DNA from: Chthonomonas calidirosea T49
GTDB taxonomy: Bacteria; Armatimonadota; Chthonomonadetes; Chthonomonadales; Chthonomonadaceae
Direction: 5' to 3'
Assembly (NCBI RefSeq): GCF_000427095.1
Contig: NC_021487.1
Coordinates: 1,358,924 to 1,390,923, forward strand
Length of the DNA: 32,000 nt
A program made the position numbers and the translations under genes. Below, one piece after another: positions 27,001 through 32,000 of the stretch; position 1 is the stretch's first letter, and every line of letters begins with the position of its first letter. The notes beneath the pieces are model-generated. The model searched no databases, had not been told where the DNA came from, and saw only the letters and a program-made list of their open reading frames with translations.

Positions 27001-30000
27001 AACGGTTGGAAGAACTCGCCAAACTGCTTCGGATCGTCCCATGGCGAGACTGCGTTGGCATAGGGTGCCGTGCCCGTTGGCGCGAAAGGAATGCTATGCA
27101 CGCCATTGTTATTTACTGCAGAGTAACCTGTACCGGCCGGCACGTTGCCAAAATCGAGCGCAGCGCCCTCCACGTGGAGGCGGAAAGAAGGCGCCACGCA
27201 CATGCCAAGGTTGAACTGTCGGCGCGCTTCCTCGATTTCGGCACGATTGTAACCGTTGAAGACTCCTGGACGTAAGGGACGCCCTGGTAACTGAACGACC
27301 ACCTGTGCCCGCTGGGCGATATAGCCTAGCGCTGGGAAAGTACCTGTTCCCGGTGTAGTCGGGGGCTGCCCATCGTTGAAAGTACGAATGGGGCCGAGCA
27401 CAGGGGAACCGAGTGCACCAAGCACCTGCCCAGCCTCATTCGTAAACGAGTCGCCGAAATTCCCGAAGGCGGTCTGCACAATGCCACGATTTACATTGGC
27501 TGGCTGATACTTTGGTACATTTACTGTAAGGTTCAACTGCTCCGGGGTGGGAGTGCGGTCGGCCACATTATTGTCACCACTCGGCAATACAGGAGCCGGC
27601 AATGGCAATGCGGTACGGGTGGCATCCACACCGTTTTGTCCTGTAACGGAAACATTGGTCGCCGCAATAGCCGGATAGTCCGGGGTGCTTGTGCCATCAC
27701 CTGGGAGCTGTTCCCAAGGCAACGGGTTCATCACAGAGCTAGGCCCACCCCACCAAACCAGCGACGGCATCTGAACGATAATGTTGAGTGGGCTTCCTGT
27801 CAGCAACTGGTAAGCGCTTCTGTCTTCCACATAAAACGCCGGAACTCGATTCCCGTTGGCATCTATGCCACGATACTGTACGCTGCTGCCATCAACAGCC
27901 ATATCGAGCGGGGCAAAGAGCGACTTTACCCCAAAATTACCTATCCAACCGGTCTGTGCCCCATTGCCCAACAGTTCAGCAATGTTATTGATGGTAATAT
28001 TGGGATTATCCGCCGACGGTGCCCAACCAATGATATTGAAAATGTTATTGCCGGTTTGGTCGGCACTGCCCGAACCCGAGGGGTTCGTACCGGCGACCGT
28101 GAGCGCCAACGGGTTGGTAATGTAGACTCGCCGTGCCCGTCCACGGGCTGCGATATTGTTTGGAGAGCTTTGCAAGGCCCGACTGACATTGCCGAAAATG
28201 TAACCGTGGTCGGCTCCGTTGACATCCCGTTGCCCGCCGAAAAAGAGCGGAGAATCGAAGCGGGCCGGTGTGTAATTGATAGTCTGGTTTCCGTTTTTGT
28301 AGACAACATTCTGCTCGATATGAGCGCGGGCTGAAACCCGATAGCCCGATATGCCGGGGGCTAATGGATTATTCGCATCCGGCTGAATCGGAATAGAGGC
28401 CACGGCCACCCACGGGAACACGTAGTGCGTGGGGCCGGTCAGTAGGCCAGATGCGCCGTTCGGCGAGTTCGCAGGCGGATTGTTGGGGTCATCACCCCAG
28501 ATAGTAAACTGCTGGTTCCCAGCACCCGCATCACCTGGCCAACCGGCAGGCTGGCCATTGGCCGTAGTTGCAGGGACCTGAACGGTAATGGTTCGATTGC
28601 TACGCGGCACATCAATTCGGAACGTCACCGTGATGCGCGGCGGTGCGGTGCCATAGGCCGTTAACCCAGGCTGCTGTGGCTCCGCATGATAGACTCCCCA
28701 TGCTGCCACATAGAGATGGTCGCCCCAGTCTACCGCGAGGCCATTTGTGCCGTCCGGCACCTGACCTACAAGGGCGTTTGCACTAAAGGGCGTTCCTGTT
28801 GTCCCATTCGGCCAGAAAGTGTTCCAAACGTTCTGTGCGAAGTAGTCTACCCCGCGAATGTCAATATCTACCAAACTCTGGTCGTTTCCACCCCCACGCA
28901 GCTCAATAGGCGGCAATAAAATTCCTAAACCATTATTTCCGGTTCCATTTGTGAAGGCCGTTACCTGTCCGCCCTCATCTCCCTCAACAATATAGCTATT
29001 GATCAGGGCAGAGGCGGCAGAGCGTACGCTGCTCGAAGTCGTAGGTGGATTCCATATTAACGGTAAGAAAATATTGCCATTACCATCGTTATAGGCTTGG
29101 AGACCTACACCATAGAAGTTGCCCGTATCGTCCGAATAGACCAAACAAGGATAGGGCACATTATAGCTCAATGTGGTGCCGTCCAACAGCCCCTCCGATG
29201 GATCGGCCTGTAGTTGAGCTATGATCGGTGAAGAAAAGACGAAGCCCGATTGCGGAATATTCGTGGCATAAAGCTTCGGATTCAGGCCGTTGGCATCCAC
29301 CTGGATTCCATCCACCGTGCCATCGCTCTGCACCACATAGATCACGTCAGATGGCAGGGTTCCCTGCGGAAGTAGACTGCTATTTACCGGAACGGGCGCA
29401 TTGCCTCCAAAGCCCGGCACAAAAGGTGCTGTTCCATTGGGGTTATTGGGGTCGGGATTCGGTGGATCCGGCGTGGGTGGATAGACCCATGTTAATTGAT
29501 TTGTAAAGGGTACAGTTTGCCCATTGGGTGTGGCTTCTGGTAACAGATAGACTCGCCCACCTCCATCCGGCGTATCGCAAGTAAAGACGAGGTAGCGACT
29601 GTTCGAGCCCGTAGGCTGGTAGAAGGCAACCGTGCTCGGTGCAGCTCCCAATCCAGGGCCGGCCGTAGAAGGATAGGTCCAATAGAGCCTTTTCGTATTA
29701 TCATAGGTTACTTTGTTGCCGTTAACATTTGTGATGACATCATGATGGGCCAGTATGGCATAGACATAGCCATCTGAGGTCCCCACTATCAACGGATTCT
29801 CGCCAGCTCCATTGGCATAGTTCGGATCGTACATGGGCGATCCCGCTAGAAAGCCGATCTCAGGCTCATCGGTGAAGTTATCGGCCATGTTGAAGCCACC
29901 CGTTGGCGAGGGTGTGTTCACCCTGTGGAACGTATCCGCACCAAAGCGCGGCCACGTCCAAATTCGCTGGGTGGTTCCTGGAACCAAGATATTCTGGTTG

Positions 30001-32000
30001 TTGACATTAATCGTACCGAAATCCCCACGACCTCCGGCATCAAAGGCATACACGCGTCCATGCCCGCTATCCGAGCCTTGCGCAGTTACGATCAAGAGTT
30101 GAGGCCCGTTCGGATTGTCGGGGTCGTTCACCAGCGTAGGCGTCCACGTCATTCCCGTCATGGTAAGCAAAGTATCATTACGCACGATATAGGGCGTCGT
30201 GGCCGCTGCTGTTGTATTAGGATTGGGAATAATATCGCCATCGTAGATAAAGTGGCCGCCCGAATCGGTAGGCTGATCCGGCCCGAAGCTGAAGGCTGGA
30301 TAGCCAGCGCGACTATAAGTACCTGTATTCGCCGGAAGGCTGAAGTTGGGGTCCTCCCACTGCGCAGGTGCATTGGGCGGCTCATTTGCCGATCCTAACA
30401 GGGGTCGCACGGAAGGATAGACCCAATAGGCTGTTGTGGTGCGGGTAGAAAGGTCACCAGGGTCAGGGCCAAAGGGGTTGTTTCCAACTGGGTCTAGCGC
30501 ATAGATATGTCCTAAAGAGCCTCCAGCTGCAGTGGTCACAAAGTAGACCATTGGACGAACCTTGCCATCACGGCATCGTACATTGGCAAGTAGGGGTGAG
30601 GCCGTACAGGTACCCGTCCCCGCGTCCGGCAGCGCCACATAGCGCCAGCGCACACGGGTTTTAGAGGGCAACTCTTGCGGCTGACCATTTACAATTTGGA
30701 TACCATCTTCGTTATTTAGACAATAGAACACAGGTACGGTAAATGTCGTGTAAGCATCGTTGCCGGGCGTTAGCGGCGTCTGTGTAGGGTCTACTGGCGT
30801 GGTAGGAGGTGTGTTTGCTATAGTCTCTTCGCGTGCCACATAGTAAACGGTTTTCCCAAACTCTGGATCATTGGTGTTGGTAACCACTTTATTGCTACCA
30901 ACGATCGGAGCAAGAATACGTCCTTGAGCGCTGATCGGGCCCAGAGGTGATTGGGCGATGGCCCCCCCATTATTCCCATTGTTAGCGATGCCCAGCGGGA
31001 CAAACTCAACGGCGTCAGCGGTAACATAAGGTGGATGCAGATAGAGGGTCGTATCGTTTGGATTATCGGGTGTCAGCACGTAAAGCGTCACAACGATCTG
31101 GCTGGTGGGGTCGTTGCTGTTATAAGGGAAGACGGCTGGAGTTACCGATGTAGTACTAGAGGCGGCATAAGGACCGATCACTCGCCAACCTGGCCCGCCG
31201 GAGAGGTCTACCATATAGATGCGGCTATTGATCTCATCATAAACGCCTCCCCCACCTGGGGTACCAGTATTGTTGATGACGTTACCATTAACTGTCTTAA
31301 ACCAGCTAATGCGGACAAATGCATGTTTCAGATCTGGATGCGGAACGCCTGCTGCATCTAACGTGCCATCTCCGGGTGACCAGATAGAGACGGTATAGTT
31401 CAGCGTAACCCCCTGTAAGGAAGCGGGCAGTATAGGGTTCCCCATCGTCCACTGGGCTACCGGTTGGGCGCTATTAAGCACGTTATTTACTGCTTTATAA
31501 AGCTGAGGAGGCACATAGGGCAGTTGGGATAGCTGGTCTGCCGTAGCCGTCACCGTGTTCCCGTTCGAGTCGGTGTAGGTAATCGTAACCGGCTGAGGCG
31601 TAGCGATGCCGTAGTCGAAGTTGTTAGGATCGGTGGGGTCGGTTCCAAAAGAGAAACCGGCCTGCGGTACCCGCTGCGCTATAGGAGGAACGGTAAAGAC
31701 GTTAGTGTTCCATACTGAGAGGGCATTTTGGGTGACGTTAGGGTCAAAAATCTCCTTATTACCTGGAAATCCGGGAGGATTATCCACGATGATGGGATTG
31801 AGTGCAGAGACACTGGACGTTTGGTTTGAACTTCCATTCTGCGCACCGAGCAGATCTACACCGGTAGGCCATACCCATCGCGGAAGGCCATGAAAAGGCT
31901 GATTGGCTAGGTCCGTGAAGTTATTATAACCTTGGCGCAACGGCAAACCGTTGTTGTTGGCATCTAACGTTAGCGCGCCACGGTCTAACGTCCAGTCGTC
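24063..32000 (-). CDS. Giant secreted/surface-type protein with divergent beta-propeller-like repeats; 5' end lies beyond base 32000
   Basis: Continuous minus frame of 2645 codons from the window edge (reads DDWTLDRGALTLDANNNGLPLRQGYNN...) to TAA at 24063. The track start (TTG 31946) is not real evidence for an initiation site. Rich in P/N/G/T with recurrent GxVYAF...WTWP motifs. Confidence 0.93.
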   Translation of the reverse strand, partial: DDWTLDRGALTLDANNNGLPLRQGYNNFTDLANQPFHGLPRWVWPTGVDLLGAQNGSSNQTSSVSALNPIIVDNPPGFPGNKEIFDPNVTQNALSVWNTNVFTVPPIAQRVPQAGFSFGTDPTDPNNFDYGIATPQPVTITYTDSNGNTVTATADQLSQLPYVPPQLYKAVNNVLNSAQPVAQWTMGNPILPASLQGVTLNYTVSIWSPGDGTLDAAGVPHPDLKHAFVRISWFKTVNGNVINNTGTPGGGGVYDEINSRIYMVDLSGGPGWRVIGPYAASSTTSVTPAVFPYNSNDPTSQIVVTLYVLTPDNPNDTTLYLHPPYVTADAVEFVPLGIANNGNNGGAIAQSPLGPISAQGRILAPIVGSNKVVTNTNDPEFGKTVYYVAREETIANTPPTTPVDPTQTPLTPGNDAYTTFTVPVFYCLNNEDGIQIVNGQPQELPSKTRVRWRYVALPDAGTGTCTASPLLANVRCRDGKVRPMVYFVTTAAGGSLGHIYALDPVGNNPFGPDPGDLSTRTTTAYWVYPSVRPLLGSANEPPNAPAQWEDPNFSLPANTGTYSRAGYPAFSFGPDQPTDSGGHFIYDGDIIPNPNTTAAATTPYIVRNDTLLTMTGMTWTPTLVNDPDNPNGPQLLIVTAQGSDSGHGRVYAFDAGGRGDFGTINVNNQNILVPGTTQRIWTWPRFGADTFHRVNTPSPTGGFNMADNFTDEPEIGFLAGSPMYDPNYANGAGENPLIVGTSDGYVYAILAHHDVITNVNGNKVTYDNTKRLYWTYPSTAGPGLGAAPSTVAFYQPTGSNSRYLVFTCDTPDGGGRVYLLPEATPNGQTVPFTNQLTWVYPPTPDPPNPDPNNPNGTAPFVPGFGGNAPVPVNSSLLPQGTLPSDVIYVVQSDGTVDGIQVDANGLNPKLYATNIPQSGFVFSSPIIAQLQADPSEGLLDGTTLSYNVPYPCLVYSDDTGNFYGVGLQAYNDGNGNIFLPLIWNPPTTSSSVRSAASALINSYIVEGDEGGQVTAFTNGTGNNGLGILLPPIELRGGGNDQSLVDIDIRGVDYFAQNVWNTFWPNGTTGTPFSANALVGQVPDGTNGLAVDWGDHLYVAAWGVYHAEPQQPGLTAYGTAPPRITVTFRIDVPRSNRTITVQVPATTANGQPAGWPGDAGAGNQQFTIWGDDPNNPPANSPNGASGLLTGPTHYVFPWVAVASIPIQPDANNPLAPGISGYRVSARAHIEQNVVYKNGNQTINYTPARFDSPLFFGGQRDVNGADHGYIFGNVSRALQSSPNNIAARGRARRVYITNPLALTVAGTNPSGSGSADQTGNNIFNIIGWAPSADNPNITINNIAELLGNGAQTGWIGNFGVKSLFAPLDMAVDGSSVQYRGIDANGNRVPAFYVEDRSAYQLLTGSPLNIIVQMPSLVWWGGPSSVMNPLPWEQLPGDGTSTPDYPAIAATNVSVTGQNGVDATRTALPLPAPVLPSGDNNVADRTPTPEQLNLTVNVPKYQPANVNRGIVQTAFGNFGDSFTNEAGQVLGALGSPVLGPIRTFNDGQPPTTPGTGTFPALGYIAQRAQVVVQLPGRPLRPGVFNGYNRAEIEEARRQFNLGMCVAPSFRLHVEGAALDFGNVPAGTGYSAVNNNGVHSIPFAPTGTAPYANAVSPWDDPKQFGEFFQPFTLVSDSNVNLVDLRIATLIGQPGSTFSASSLTPGLAPATGAAVAQGLQSDQVDQLFSSWLLAPPFGSANSPIPTPGTGNIGFVSSFDHPYNNGQANLSDTDLYPIPNPFWTPNNLQPYPTLHKPLPGDAQGTVATIPDVPHGYVPSGNGFTPQAPKLGITVPLGTPVGTYVGTVVPYEDEMPLQWREWLATSGSNYGSSALAGNDDDILNTNPVGQALEAYANPGIQIKVTVVPNRLTGGTTQGSLSQIDTVNFAAPNNLEKSSPNATLPTGFNMLPAAVLYPAADNTSSLYLYWTSDSLRGNTAPGPTSPSDILYSWLTMPYLNLGSMGGVGYMSFAQFGQPNLQQWWNPTAPLLDLTNAGLLQTLFPTTGDNTIPGTLIPGTVQFASPTVATANDVAANGNITVGPPADNEAYLFFAGQVQKQTAPNQEVTEMRFFWQPLSPTYPYVPQGTPNFVPGNPSVPKYTPAPLLVKLAADSGRNVPAQKFLYLFYSVGRQDHTQIYYNFNLSTSLSGTLSEAGWQPDGILLPTPITLGQQSHPVPIYRRVYAQNPFNPNPDVRVFDAIDLYFTGVLPGRGDHAETLMIRYGIYRGENLGANAPVMTPGQLFVLPLPPVTDETLTRAGATNHFVARDVGWYIGYNNQQPFSNNPQPYLSLERIDQNGNVLQLLAGPGTFDPASQTITFNSALGGRIVIDPQAGIVRFPDVPPRSTDIVRISYIPQVMRLNTSRDDSNLIVADGYGNIPTNPLPMAFRAHPAVDAVGINTAPDVLLDRSPNPRQLLTSPVVVFAPNGQPLGANGPAMLTDRLWLFYHKTDVGGKTKSAIYFKTMRLMITLPYPVAVAKTASGTQIVGLTVTGARGPYEVDWQRGRIYFTEADEGNQVQVTYTYYNPATNTTGNSGTLTYQVAWGDEMSDTLGNDVYEAPLPVDGSVNEGQIAVLKDPLLNRLWLFWTSTRAGTTDLYMAAFAPKLYPDLVGQ

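Noticed and set aside
26256-27275. 339-aa plus-strand ORF antisense to the giant gene
   Set aside because: It overlaps a much longer coherent minus frame with propeller-type motifs. Its translation is Arg/Gly/His-rich and shows no domain, typical of an antisense artefact.
27636-28334. 232-aa plus-strand ORF
   Set aside because: Antisense shadow ORF within the giant gene, with no supporting motif.
1-32000. CRISPR array, defence island, BGC or prophage
   Set aside because: I saw no regularly spaced direct repeats, cas genes, integrase, transposase, toxin-antitoxin pair or multi-enzyme biosynthetic cluster. The single O-methyltransferase and single ligase are not enough to claim one.

Overview
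This 32 kb window looks like ordinary, gene-dense bacterial chromosome. The gene mix suggests a thermophilic or Armatimonadota-type organism, but that is only an impression and was not verified. I found no tRNA, rRNA, CRISPR array, transposase or prophage. The content, left to right: (-) stalk/AMIN-like envelope protein (truncated), small secreted protein, and FecR/DUF6600-like surface protein with a Pro-rich tail; (+) YncE-like propeller, OmpR-type response regulator and sensor kinase; (-) AddB/PD-(D/E)XK-like helicase-nuclease relative and endonuclease V; (+) Gfo/Idh/MocA oxidoreductase; (+) ArsR-type regulator, HlyD/MFP adaptor, RND pump and YgaP-like membrane protein; (+) AMP-forming ligase, creatininase-family protein and small possibly Sm-like protein; (-) predicted alpha/alpha-barrel secreted protein; (+) O-methyltransferase. 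At the right edge a single (-) ORF fills about 8 kb and is still open at base 32000 (at least 2645 codons). It carries two sets of divergent beta-propeller-like repeats. The best leads are this giant protein, the Lys-to-Thr change in the AddB-like nuclease motif, the ArsR-RND cassette with a perfect 14-bp palindrome, and a strong intergenic inverted repeat at 24006-24036. I see no clear, complete, new defence or mobile system.
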